From assembly GCA_964035545.1 (NCBI GenBank), contig OZ037770.1, positions 1,922,001 through 1,986,000 on the forward strand: a DNA stretch of 64,000 bases, read 5' to 3'. Each line of letters starts with the position of its first letter. Within the stretch, counting starts at the first letter, position 1. The notes below the pieces were generated by a model. The model searched no databases and was not told the origin of the DNA. It worked only from the letters and a program-made list of their open reading frames with translations. The translations under genes were made by a program, and so were the position numbers. This DNA comes from Bugula neritina. Its lineage: Eukaryota; Animalia; Bryozoa. Below are positions 26,201 through 39,080 of this stretch, piece by piece.

Positions 26201-29200
26201 AAGTGACATTAAACAACAATGCTCATGTCATGACTCATATAGCCAATGAATCCCAACATATAGTATGTTAGTGAGCAACATGATCATTGTAAGGTAGCAT
26301 TTTACATAATTTACCCTTTCGCTTTCGCCCCTTTTTCTTGCCTGTTAAAGAATGTCACAAAAGTGTCAACAGGCACCTGCGCCAAAGTGACAATTGAATT
26401 TTCTTACACTACTATAAATGTTTACCTTACATTTAGGGTTGAGTGCTAAATGAGCAAAAGTAACCAGCAAAATGTGTGTCACTCAAGTCTTAATAGTGAT
26501 AAACCATGAATTTTAATAATAGAAATAAAAAAGTAACTTGCACTGCACCATAATTAGTCAGTATAACACGGATAAATACATGAATTTTATTAAAAATATC
26601 AGAGCGTTACAACTCTAAAGAGTCAACTATAGCGCGAAAAAACAGAGTCTAAAAATTGCTATGTTGTGGGCTTACTTTAAGGCCCCTTGTAAGCACACTA
26701 TAATGTGTTAGAAATCCTGTGACTATTCCAATTTAAAACAGAATAAACGGCTGAAGTGAACCAAAGAATCTTAGCTACGAGAGATCAAAGGAAGAACACC
26801 AAACCAGAAATTAGTAACAAGTACGCCATCAACCTCCAACATACATGGACATTACTATTCCCAAATTAGAAAATGCATTTTTTCCTATCTTGAAAATATC
26901 AATAAATTTGGACAGACAAAGTGTTAAATCTCACACAATCTCCTTCCACCTTGCATTACCTTTTCTATGCCCTTTTTTGGCACCTTTTCTTTTGTGTTTC
27001 TTTTTACCTTTAACATTATCAAAATGACATACATAACTGTGTTTTCGCGAGTAAACTATGAAATTATGTAATTAAAGCACTATAATACAAACTGACAAAT
27101 AACCAATTAGGCAAACAAATTTCTATTCTTTCAATCAATATAACTTGTAGATAGTACCTCACATGATAATTTTACCGAAATTTCTTAAATTGTTTATAAA
27201 TAGTAAAAGTTAAAATGACTTATACTAAAGACAAGCATTATAGAACCACTCTATCATCCACTCAGAAACTTTCTCTCACAGACTTCTTAAAACTCACAAC
27301 ACATGACCTTCACCTTAACCAAATAAGAAACCTGCAATACCTAGCAGCTGAAAAATCTATGTAAACTGAAGAATGCACGAGAATCAATCAATCACAGCGA
27401 ATTCTGTAGCACATAAAAAAAAAGCTTTTAAATTAATAATTTTTAAAGTCAATGTTCTGCTAATTATAAATGAAGACAAGACATAAAAAAGGCACAGCAA
27501 CTATAATTTTGATAAAATTATATTTTTATCATCTGCAACTACTCTGTAAGTCTGCAACTACTTTGAACATCTGCATATTATACTCTATACGTCTGCTCAT
27601 TATACTCTGTACGTCTGCATATACTACATGTATGTACGTCTACATATACTATGTTCGTCTGCAATCACTTCTCATGAGCCCCTGACATCTATGGCTAATG
27701 ACTTACACTTAGTAGCATGAACAGGGACAAAATTAAACAAATAAATCAGAAACAAGACAAACGGAACAGGACTGCCACCAGTTTAACACAGCCTACCCTT
27801 TCTAGCCTTTCTCCTCCTTCCTAACAAACGGCACACAACTTTACAGCAGCACAGAATTACAAAGAAATATTACTTAAAGATAACCTTTATTATTTTTTGT
27901 GGCCTCGCTAGAGTCTTAATCAGGAGGTTGAGAAAACTATTATAGAAATTATTACCTACAAGAATAACTAACTGGTAATATATTAATTGTTTATAAAACA
28001 ATTAATAATATGAATTATAATTGTTATTGTTAATACACACTGACTCTAGTATAATACACACTAACTGTAGTATAATACACACTGACTGTAGTATAATACA
28101 CACTAACTGTAGTATAATACACACTGACTGTAGTATAATACACACTAACTGTAGTATAATACACACTGACTGTAGTATAATACACACTAACTCTAGTATA
28201 TTACACAATGACTGTAGTATAATACACACTGACTATAGTATAATACACACTAACTGTAGTATAATACACACTGACTGTAGTATAATAGACACTGACTCTA
28301 GTATAATACGCACTAACTGTAGTATAATACACACTGACTGTAGTATAATACACACTGACTCTAGTATAATACACACTGACTGTAGTATAATACACACTGA
28401 CTGTAGTATAATACACACTGACTATGGTATAATACACACTGACTGTAGTATAATACACACTGACTGTAGTATAATACACACTAACTGTAGTATAATACAC
28501 ACTGACTCTAGTATAATACACACTGACTGTAGTATAATACGCACTAACTGTAGTATAATACACACTAACTGTAGTATAATACACACTGACTGTAGTATAA
28601 TACACACTAACTGTAGTATAATACACACTGACTGTAGTATAATACACACTAACTCTAGTATAATACACAATGACTGTAGTATAATACACAATGACTGTAG
28701 TATAATACACACTAACTGTAGTATAATACACACTAACTGTAGTATAATACACACTGACTGTAGTATAATACACACTGACTGTAGTATAATACACACTGAC
28801 TATGGTATAATACACACTGACTGTAGTATAATACACACTGACTCTAGTATAATACACACTGACTCTAGTATAATACACACTGACTGTAGTATAATACACA
28901 CTGACTGTAGTATAATACACACTGACTCTAGTATAATACACACTGACTGTAGTATAATACACACTAAATCTAGTATAATACACACTGACTCTAGTATAAT
29001 ACACACTGACTGTAGTATAATACACACTAACTGTAGTATAATACACACTGACTGTAGTATAATACACACTAACTCTAGTATAATACACACTGACTGTAGT
29101 ATAATACACACTGACTCTAGTATAATACACACTGACTCTAGTATAATATACATGGTCTACCCACCACCTGCTCTATCATCCTTAATTCTGCTCTTTTCAA

Positions 29201-30775
29201 CTGCACCCACGCCAACCTGGTTGAATTCTGGAATTTTCTTCTTCAGAAACGCCTCTGGATTCTAGAATGAGATTTGCATACGTCACCTAAACCATCCTTA
29301 CAATGCTGCATGATGAGCAACAAACATATAGGAAACCTGTTGTTGAATCTGTAATATCACTGAGTGAAGTAACAAGCATATTATGTGACCCAACATACAT
29401 CATTTCATGGATGAAACGATAGAAAGCAGAAACACTCTAACAATGTAAGTATCTAACAGTATTGTTGTTATATGCAGCCTGATGACAGTGTGAGATGAAC
29501 TACTGAAAATACCAGCTTCTATTTAGTGACTAGTCAACCGCTGCACAGCACATGTTGAACTTTGAACTGAGGCCTTTCAATCACCACTCTGTCACCTCAG
29601 GCCATGATAAGTTAGTATGCAAGCTTGTTGCTACTTACGATAGAGTCGGTACTGTGTCTACTCACTAGCTAAAGTCGGTATTGTGTCTACTCACTAGCTA
29701 GAGTCGGTATTGTGTTTACTCACTAGCTAGAGTCGGTATTGCATCTACTCACCTTATCAAACTCTCTGTACATGTGAGGTAGATTACTGTCATCATTGAC
29801 CTCCACCACATCCGGCAGGATCAAACTGAAATTACAATCCGATACCATTAGAGCTCACTCAAACATGAAACGACTTTGAAGCAATAATTTCATAAACAAA
29901 GACTGTAAATAAAGGCAGCACAACTCCAAATCAATTTTTAAATGTAATTGACATTAAACGAGTCTATATTTTTGTGTATCAGTTACTATGATTTGTAGAG
30001 AATAACAACATTATACTATCTTTTAGAAAACTCAAATTGTCACACAAATGCATTACTTGATGCCTTAAAAACATTTTTGCCTCTAGACTGGTTGTCGAAA
30101 ATTTTATTTATATATGAAACACTACCACTATTGCAAATCTGTTTAATTAAAGTTTCCAAATAATACAATAAACCAGCTTCAGCTTCTAATTGAACCAAAA
30201 CAATTAAAGTTCAGTTAACAATTGCAAAAGTAATATGAATACATATGACTGCTACAAAATACATAAATGATATAAAACTGCAAAAATATCACAATTTTAT
30301 ACTCGCTATCCCTGTGAGAAAACCTGATAGAAAGAGTTTTTGTTAAAGCGGGCTAACGACTTATTTAAATGAAGCACAGGAGTAATTATGACTGGATGCT
30401 CTTACTAACATCACCAATGGTCTTTGTCCAGTCTCAACCCTTGACTTAGTGTTTACTAGGCAAACGCTCTAACCCCTAGACCACGGCTAACTATATTACA
30501 TAAAACATGTTTCATAATAAGATAAAACTGTTTTTCACTCACTTTGCACTCTTTCGAAGAGAAGGAACTATCTCCTCCAAATGTTCCTCAGAATCTGAAA
30601 CTCTGGGAAGATCCCGTTTAGATATGACGCCAGGTTTAGTCGTCATCTTTCCAGTGTCGGGAGACTTGGCAGAGTGCCAAGACACGAAGACCACGGCAGC
30701 CAGCAGCAACGATGCCACTACGAACGAACATCTCCCGGCTAACTTGGCGGGGCACACTTTCCTAAGGAGGGACAT
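20255..30775 (-). CDS. GLCE: D-glucuronyl C5-epimerase (heparan sulfate epimerase), ~16 coding exons
   Basis: Exons (minus): 30775-30543 (TM anchor), 29825-29753, 29261-~29165, 27820-27797, 27007-26960, 26341-26315, 25341-25232, 24709-24514, 24346-24229, 23964-23843, 23294-23131, 22428-22218, 21897-21783, 21701-21537, 21082-20907, 20448-20255. Phases are consistent. Motifs [72 protein letters not shown]-stop. Confidence 0.95.
20750..20906. repeat. 19-23-bp minisatellite (~7 copies) abutting a GLCE splice donor
   Basis: Unit CTGACACCTGAGTGACTCA(CTCA). Confidence 0.9.
22824..23155. repeat. ~38-bp minisatellite copying a GLCE exon end plus its donor
   Basis: Unit TAACTTACACCCTCAGACTGATAGGTAAGTACTGCATA x5, plus three degenerate ACTTACATGTG units. 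Confidence 0.9.
23558..23790 (+). mobile_element. tRNA-derived SINE
   Basis: A-box TGGCCTAGTGG and B-box-like GGTTTGATACC head, then GGAAGAGCATCCAGTCATAA core; related copies at 30298, 36455 and 40960. Confidence 0.8.
28031..29148. repeat. 21-bp minisatellite, ~53 copies (GLCE intron)
   Basis: Unit ATAATACACACTGACTGTAGT. Confidence 0.97.
29640..29752. repeat. 29-bp minisatellite x4 ending at a GLCE donor
   Basis: Unit AGAGTCGGTATTGTGTCTACTCACTAGCT (contains GTGAGT on the minus strand). Confidence 0.88.
30298..30489 (-). mobile_element. tRNA-derived SINE copy
   Basis: Reverse complement of the 23558 family (TGACTGGATGCTCTT..TAACATCACCAATG..AAACGCTCTAACCCCTAGACCACGGCT). Confidence 0.78.
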
Positions 30776-32531
30776 CTCTAGCCCATCTACGTGGCGACAC
30801 ACAACTTTATAGACACATATTGAAAAAAAAGGAAAACTGAAAGATTAGTGACTTTAGTTACAAATTCATTTCTTATATTAATATTCCTGACCTAAAAACT
30901 CCAAACTTACAAATGTTAGACAATCAAATTTAAAAGTAACAGTATTACTAATACTAACTACTAAACTTTTTATAGTGTTGAATTTTTGCTTTTTTTAAAT
31001 ATATTATTGCTGCAACATTTCACTTTAAATAATCACTTGGTAAAACTTAAGGTTTAACTTTTTAATAAATGATTTGGAAAAAAAATTACCAGCTTTGAAA
31101 ATAACAAAATATTATGCTTTGAGCATTTTCAATGGCAATAAAATGGTGAAAATATCCAGCTTCAGAATTACTTGAAAAACGCAAAAGGAAAGTTTGCTTG
31201 AAGTCAAAAGACTAGTAAATGGGCAAAACTACAAATAGGTGTTAGTTTCACTAAGACTTAGTATGACTATAATTCCCAATAGCGTTATGACTATAATAAC
31301 TAACGACTATGAAAATAAGCAGTAGTGGTGGTGATGGTAATGGTGGTGGTAGTAGTAGTAGTGCAGTATCAGTAGCAAATGCTATCAGAATGCAATAAAA
31401 TGATATAATTATTTATACAGTCTAATGACATGATAATCTATATCAAATAATACCAACAATGGAAAGGGAATTATAATATTTAGTCATAAGTAAAGAACGT
31501 AACAGGAGTAAGACTAAAGGAGGACAAAGTCATTGAACAAGCTAATGAATGAAAAGAATATGCCCTGTAATACGGTGCATTAGGAAATCAGATGGAATGA
31601 AAACATAACTACTTAAAATATTGATTGCTGAAAGTGAAACATAACGAATGCTAGGAGGCATCAGGTTAACATAAACCAAAGTGAACATGATGAAAAAGTA
31701 TATTAGTACAAGGTGTCAAATGTGGTAACTGTAATGAATATATATAATTGCAAAAATCACCAATGACTAATGTGCATTGTGATTGTATATTGATATTCAT
31801 ATTCATACTGATACTGAAACTGAAAGTGAGCCGCAAATGCGATAATCATAATGATACAATAACTTGATTAAGTTTACGTTTTAGTTTATAGCAGTCATTG
31901 TCAAGTTTCAAGTTTGACTCATTTTGAGTTTGAAATTATAACTTATAAATATAAGAGTTAGACTAAGTATTATAACTACGTCGACTGTAAAAACTAAAAG
32001 ATCTAACAGTAACAGTAACTATTAGTATTACTATTACTATAAGTATAAGATTAAGTATAAGTTGAAATTACAATAATCATAATGATAATGATAATCACTA
32101 TCGTGGTGAAACTGATTATCCTACTGATAGCAATAGATGTATGATACTGGTATTACAATCCGTATCACTAATAATATAACTATTACTGGTACAACTATAA
32201 GTATTACTATTACAGTAAATGTAATACTGTTAGCATTAGCAATTTCGTGGGAAAACGAAGTGGTGATGTATCTGCTATAGACAAGATAAGATATCTCTAA
32301 CTTCTTTTCTTGTGGTGTGATAGTTTTTAAAAAAGACCTCATCGTGATAAAGACATCTTACACTATTGAGTACTTTTAAGCCAATAGCTGTTATGCTTTT
32401 ATATATATTTGTTTTAAACGGATTCGTGGTGTATAATAGCAAAGTTCTAATAACAAAGAGTTCCGTGCGTGACCACTGACTAGAGAGACGAGCTTTGTAA
32501 AACTCATGAATAAAACGATGGTTTCCGGGTA

Positions 32532-32546
32532 GTTTCTATTAGATAC
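32532..32546 (+). promoter_or_regulatory. Candidate RFX X-box upstream of PPIL6
   Basis: GTTTCT-ATT-AGATAC ~105 bp upstream of the ATG of a motile-cilia gene. Confidence 0.4.
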
Positions 32547-32650
32547 CAACATCTACTCAAAGTCATATTGTTATAAGCTTGAGTACTTGCATAAAGTACA
32601 GTAAATTTTCAATAACTAGTGACTTTTTGAAGAGTTGAACTGTAGCTAGA

Positions 32651-35600
32651 ATGAAAGAAATGTTAGCCCAATCAGTCAATAAAATTCAAATAGAAGTGTT
32701 TGGCCTTTTAGCTGATTTAAAATATCAGATAGCAAGGTGTTGTGCTGAGGTGAGTCTTGGTTTCAATGTATTCAAGTGCTGTAAGACTAAGCGTAATAAT
32801 ACGATGTTGTGATAAATACAGTTGTTGGCTAAATAAAATTCATAAATCACTGTTTCAAAGCATATTAGTAAGATTTAAATTATTTTATTGAATAAAAAGA
32901 TTGTTTTTCTTTAAATATTAATGTTCATAATCGCACAGTAATAAGTTCGGAATGCTTCTACTTTGGCTCAGTATCCCTTTCAAATAATAACAATAGCTAG
33001 TTGGTGTTATTGTTTGAGTTGATACTTTTGAAGTAAAATTTCACTCACTCAGTTGTACACTATTTTCTTTAAATTCTATCTCAAAGAAACAGCAATTATA
33101 TTTGCACCAGCACTACTATTCTACCCTCATGTATGATTAGTGGGTAAGCAGTTTTTATGGTTGCACAATTGCAGGACCAAGGGCAAGTAACCGGAAAAAT
33201 CTGTTAGTTTCAGTTTGAGTTTAGGTGTTGTCCATTGTCAAAATTCAACCCCTTATATTAGTTGCAATATGACTGACACTTTTAAGTTCATGAATTGGGT
33301 AAATCTTAATTTTTGTATTGTAGACTAATTTTTATAACATATTAATATTTAAACCTACGCTTCAATTTATAGATACTTTTTTGTTTTTACTTTTAGGATT
33401 TGTATGAGAAAGATGCTTCTACATTTAGTGTTCCTGCTATTAATGGAATGCTGGAGTTTCAATGGAAAGAATTTCTCAACACACAGAAAAGAGTAAGCTA
33501 AATTTGTAAATTTTCAATTTACTACTTTGTTTTAATCATATTTTTTCAAAGAAATATAGTGTCCCTTTTTGATATAAGGAATATTCTCGCCCAAAATTTT
33601 CTATATTAAAAAGTGTTGTTTTATAATGTTGAGATTGCAACTTATTTTTTTGAAGTATATCCTCAATAGGTATAAAATTATAGTAAAATTTGCGCTTTGG
33701 AAATCATATAATGTGAACAAGCATGGCATCTCAGATTATGTACATTTTCATCAGCTAGGTACCAACATATTTGTGTTGTAGAAATTGAAAAATGAAACTT
33801 GGGTGTTCAAAGATCATTCCATGATATTCTGCAATGGGCAGCTAATCGGTGGACCCGAGGAGTTCATAGCGTGGGCGGAGACTCATCACAACTATGAGTT
33901 GTTTCGACCTATGACCTTGTACCAAACGCTAGCCAAACAGCAGTATGCCAGTCACATGAACCAACAAGGGGTGAGTCATTCAGTAATTAATAATCACCTA
34001 AAACTTTGAATAATTCAACTTTAATGATGCATTTTGACTTTTATTAACTGAAAATCACAATTTAAGTGTTAAATTTCAATACATTTCCATTTTTAGTAAC
34101 TTGAAGCTCATGATTTTCTCTACATGCTTATTTGTATTTTGTTTCCGTTGAACTTAGTACACAATATTTAGTTATCATTTTGCTTTAAAAATTAAAGCAA
34201 AATAGTTGCAATGCTGCTAAATTTAAAACTAATATGACATATGTCTATGCCGGATATCATTTCAACAGAAATTATACACGCTGAATTATTATTTAATGAG
34301 TGTAACTAGCATAGCTCTTTTAAAGCTCTTATCATTACTTAGAAAACGTTTAAAGGTTGATTGTGACTATTTGTTTCAGAGAGTACATTGCTACTTGAAT
34401 ATCTCCATAGACAACGAGCCAGCAGGGGAGTTGGTAATAGAGGTGAGATAGATTCACGTTCAGTGTAGAAATTGTCATCTCTTTTAATATGTTGCTTCAT
34501 CAGTCCACTAATCTATTTATAGAACTCTGCTTTTAAATATATTTCTACATTTAAACCCAACTTTGCAAGTTTAGGGAGTATAGAAGAGGTTCACGTCACT
34601 TACACTTCTAGCTTAGAATCTTCCCTTTTTATGTAAATTATTGATGATGTCACAAAACTGACCCATTTATTGGTACATGTTTCAAAATAAAAGTCACAGA
34701 TAGTTACTCATTGCTGTTTCACTCAGAATTGTTGTTTTGGAATGTTTATGTGACTCATGCAGTCTCCATTTTGGAAATTCTTCAAAAGTGTCAGTTTTAG
34801 TATCCAGGGTCTAGTCTATAATATATACCTGTATAATATTATATAACTTGTAGTAAACAACTTTGGATATTATTCTGTTATTCAAATGTTTGCAGTGATG
34901 CAATTTATATACTGTAAAAAGCAGTAGATGAGTCATTTTACTTAATTTAGTACACACCGGAAACTTCCACTTTTTAGCTATTTTTCACCATTTAGCTGCT
35001 AATGAACCAGAGTTTTTGCCCAAAACTAGTTAAATGTCAATCAAAACACATAAATAATCGAGGTTCTTTTTAATTTTGATTGATTTTCCATGTTTTTTCC
35101 TAATTATTTAGCTACTTTTGATTGCAGACCGTTATGGTTTTTTCGTAACGGTCTGCAATCAAAAGTAGCTGAATAATTAAGAAAAAACATGGAAAATCGA
35201 TCAAAATTGGGAAAAACATTAATTATTTAGATATGTATTTATTGAAATTTTACTAGTTTTAAGCAAAAACCCTTGTTCATTAGCAGCTGGATTGTGAAAA
35301 ATAGCTAAAAACTTGAAATTTCCAGTGTGTACTAAATTAAGTAAAATGACCCAGATGCAATCTGACTCAATCACATAAAGTAAAGACAAAAACAGATAAA
35401 TTGAATAACAAAATTGATAATAAATAATTTATTTCATTAACATACCTTAAAGCTACTACCTATTATCATCATATTATACAATGAATACTTGCAGCTCTAC
35501 TCTGATAAAGTTCCAAAGACGTGTGAGAACTTCAGAGCTCTGTGCAGCGGTGAGAAGGGGACGTCTGAGCAGACAGACTATCCTCTCAACTACCAGAGTT

Positions 35601-36910
35601 CTCTGCTGCATAGAATAGTGCCTAAGGGCTGGGTGCAGGGCGGTGATCTGTGGCCCCCACACAAGGGGAATGGAGGGGAGTCTATCTATGGCTCAGTGTT
35701 TGAAGGTGGGCATCGTTGAGATAAAGTTCTAGCATTCAGCTATTTATGGATACAAATCATAGCATTTCCTGGGTGTAGATGTTTATGCCTATATGTGTAT
35801 ATATAAGCTATATAAGTGCACCACAGTTGGCCCTGTAATGTTTTAAAATGCACAAAGGCTTAGCTCGGTTATTAATATAGTGTGTAGGAACTATAGTGTA
35901 CCATAAATGGGTAGATAAAACGAAAGCACAACTTCAGTTGATGCTTGTTTCTTTTCTTTCTGAGTTAGAAGTATATAATAGAACTACTGGTGGTGTCTTT
36001 TATGGAAGATTGCCAAATTAATTGGTGTCGTCTTGCTTCAATTTGTTGTTGGCATTGATTTTTCTAAAGCTACATGTAGTGTACAGTATGATAAATGTAA
36101 TGTCAAAATTTTAATAATACATTCCATATTTTATACGTATGTTTTTTATATATTCTGTATGCATTTGTTATTTTACTCTCAATACACATATTTTTTTCAG
36201 ACGAGTCATTTGTAATACCACACAATGCCAGGGGTGTAGTAGGAATGGCGAATAAGGGGAGACACACCAATGGCTCTCAGTTCTATATCTGCTTACAACC
36301 AACTCCCTGGATGGACACTAAATACGTTGCTTTTGGGTAAGTCTTGAGCAGGAAATGTGCAAAGTTCTAAAAATATGTGTGTGTGCGTGTACTTGCACGA
36401 GTGTGATAGTCAAGTAATATTCGTTAGCAAAATATTGATTGCAATAACTACTCCTGCAAGTTTATAGTCGCTATCCCTTTGAGAAATTCCTGATGGAAAA
36501 GATTTTGTTAGATCGGGCTAAGGACTTATTTAGATGAGGCACAGGAGTAATCATGACTGGATGCTCTTCTTAACATCACCAATGGCCTTTGTCGGGTTTT
36601 AAACCCATGACTTCGTGTTCACTAAGCAAACGCTTTAACCCTTAGACCACGGCTGCTCCCTACTGACAACGGCAATAACTACTGTGTTCTGTTATTAACA
36701 TCGTATCAAATATTTTCGTTTTTAATATTTATTGATAGTAATTTATGTATAATTATATTCCACTACTGAAATGTATCATTATGTTTCTTTAGTCAAATAG
36801 TGGAAGGAACCGAGACACTTGAGAAAATTGAACAAGTGCAGACGTTCAACGAGCGACCAATGAAAGATATTAAAATAACGGAGTGTGGAGTCCACGAGTA
36901 TGTCTTTTAA
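32651..36910 (+). CDS. PPIL6: Peptidyl-prolyl cis-trans isomerase-like 6 (cyclophilin), 7 exons
   Basis: Exons 32651-32749, 33397-33492, 33782-33970, 34380-34442, 35495-35705, 36201-36336, 36793-36910; N-terminal extension (IARCCAE, EFQW, LKNETW) plus ELYSDKVPKTCENFRALC..HRIV..GWVQGGD..FEDE..GMANKGRHTNGSQFYI..YVAFG; AATAAA near 37036. Confidence 0.93.
34930..35352. mobile_element. Sola2-like foldback MITE (PPIL6 intron)
   Basis: Near-complete palindrome, GAGTCATTTTACTTAATTTAGTACACAC...GTGTGTACTAAATTAAGTAAAATGACCC, 4-bp TSD AGAT; GRG..CYC termini with a 4-bp TSD fit Sola2. Confidence 0.8.
36455..36661 (-). mobile_element. tRNA-derived SINE copy
   Basis: Same family as 23558 and 30298. Confidence 0.8.
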
Positions 36911-37345
36911 CACTCCCTGTATTTATTGCTTATCAGATCAATTTGGATTATATATATTTATTGTGACATTACTTTTTTATGTTATTTATTCTGATATATG
37001 CATATTTATCAGATATTGTAACCAGTATATATTTGAATAAAGTTTAAAAACCTAACCTCTAAGAAATATTTGCTACATTTTAGCGTTCATTTACGTTTTG
37101 TTGATTACTTCTCTTATTTTACTATTAAAAATATTACATCGCAACCAACTATTGCATGGCATGCATGTGGGTGATATTTGATGTAACAAATGGTTAGACA
37201 ATGACTGAACATTTAACAAAAACTGATACTTAAAAAAGCTCGTAAATTATGCTTGCTCAAAACACGTTGAGGTACAAGAACATATTCTGCATACAGTAAT
37301 GTGGACTTCTAATATTTACTTGCTCTCATTTTTATTAAATTTGTG

Positions 37346-38341
37346 TTATATGCTGTGTATGTCAAACAGAGAGCTGGAATCATTTTCTAACTCATCTGAA
37401 ATATTTGGAGTGATAATGAAACTAGAACTCTCGGTCAAACTATAATCACTAGAAGAACTGAGAGTGAGCTCACTATCATCACTAGCACTCACTGACTCAC
37501 ATGAATCATATACTGACGACTCATCCGCTGAATCAAACAACTCAGATACCGAACTGTTTCCCAAGGACAATGAAAGGTCACTGGCGATGTCAGTTGACTC
37601 ACTCCAAGCTGTTTCAGAATCTTTCAAATTATGCGTTTCTTGAATACGCTTGGCCTCGTTTTCTCCACTTGGCATCGTAGCATTAGCATTTGAATTCTTG
37701 ATAACGCTAGCATCGCCTTCTGAAAAGCTCTTTATGAGCTTAAACCTCGATGTACTTTTCTCTTTATTTCTGGTGACGGGCTCTCCTAAGTTTGTTATAG
37801 TGGATGGCTTACTGTTGCTCTTTTCAACATCCCCAACACTCGACTCTTCGATAGTTTCATTAACTGTGGTAAGGACCTCCGCAGGTAAATGAGGCTCAGG
37901 GCCTGCCCAAGCGGGAAGGTGGGGCGGGAGCTGTAGTTTGTCTTTGGAGCTCATCAAAACAGGAGCTGTGTGTCTACGGGCTGCACTGTTTGCCAAAGTG
38001 CTTTTTCTGTTTTGTAAACTATTGGTTAAAATTTCGGCGTCCGTGATGTCATCACCTGCCACCATGTCATACGCTGAATAAAAGTTGCTATTTGACTCGG
38101 CATAAGTTGAGTTAGCAGACGCTCTTTTTTGAGCGGCCAGCTTTGACTCGCTCTTCGAAGGTGTATTCGAGTTGTCTGAAGTTGCACCTGGAAGAAATTC
38201 GGAGTTATTTCTTTTGATTTTCTGGTATTCGTAGGGACTAGTGGAGTCATTCAGGAAGTTATCATCCCATGCAGCAGTATCTTCCAAGTCTTGAGGCTCG
38301 GCAAAGCTGACACTGTTTCTGTTGGATCTTGTCGCAGACAT
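37346..38341 (-). CDS. Uncharacterised Ser/acidic-rich, probably disordered protein (331 aa; single exon or terminal exon)
   Basis: Long open frame in AT-rich DNA with coding-like GC content; no domain recognised. Confidence 0.6.
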   Translation of the reverse strand: MSATRSNRNSVSFAEPQDLEDTAAWDDNFLNDSTSPYEYQKIKRNNSEFLPGATSDNSNTPSKSESKLAAQKRASANSTYAESNSNFYSAYDMVAGDDITDAEILTNSLQNRKSTLANSAARRHTAPVLMSSKDKLQLPPHLPAWAGPEPHLPAEVLTTVNETIEESSVGDVEKSNSKPSTITNLGEPVTRNKEKSTSRFKLIKSFSEGDASVIKNSNANATMPSGENEAKRIQETHNLKDSETAWSESTDIASDLSLSLGNSSVSELFDSADESSVYDSCESVSASDDSELTLSSSSDYSLTESSSFIITPNISDELENDSSSLFDIHSI

Positions 38342-39080
38342 GACCTTGACCTTAAAACAAGGTCACATCAAGGATCTGTAGCCCACAGCAACCAGCTGTG
38401 CTTAAATATTTGTATATATGAACTTAGTTTAGATTTATCGTTGATCTAATTCTCAGTAAAAACCCATTTTTTCAGCATAACAAGCCATTCTCTTACTTAC
38501 ATAATATGTGCAGTTACATCATAGCATTAGTTTGTGTTTCAAGGCGATTGTCAGCATGAATACTTAGAATATTTTCCTTCACTCAATTCTTTAATTTAAA
38601 ACATAATGCAATAAGTTCCGTACAACAATTACACTTAGCATCTTCTGTCACTTTCTACTAAAAAGAAAACTAATTATGAGTTGTGTCCCCAATGAGTGCA
38701 ATATTAGTTGACACATACAAAATGAACGTGTTTAACAATACATTTATTATAGAAAACAAATCTTGAACAGTTTTCTGGTGTCCAAAAATCATGTGTCATG
38801 AATTTAAAATATAATTTTAAAATAAAGTTAATTTCAATCACTTTAGCATCTATTACAAACCTGAACTCCATAACAATAACGTGGATTACGGAAATAAAAA
38901 ATTGAGTATGAAAATAGGTCATGTGACTGATTATCCCCGGACATATACCATGCTGTATTTTACACATAAGTTGAATGTCGTTACAATGTCAATTTCTAAC
39001 ATTATTATTATATTGTTATACAATATAATATTATTGGAATAGAGCATTATAGCCCATGTGCATCATCAGAGGAGCACAGT

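Noticed and set aside
28002-29265. 414-aa and 309-aa repetitive ORFs (IIHTDCS / VYYTTVS)
   Set aside because: Translations of an intronic 21-bp minisatellite; a unit length divisible by 3 keeps frames open
30776-30802. ORF-track start of GLCE at 30802
   Set aside because: That codon is GTG; the first in-frame ATG is at 30775
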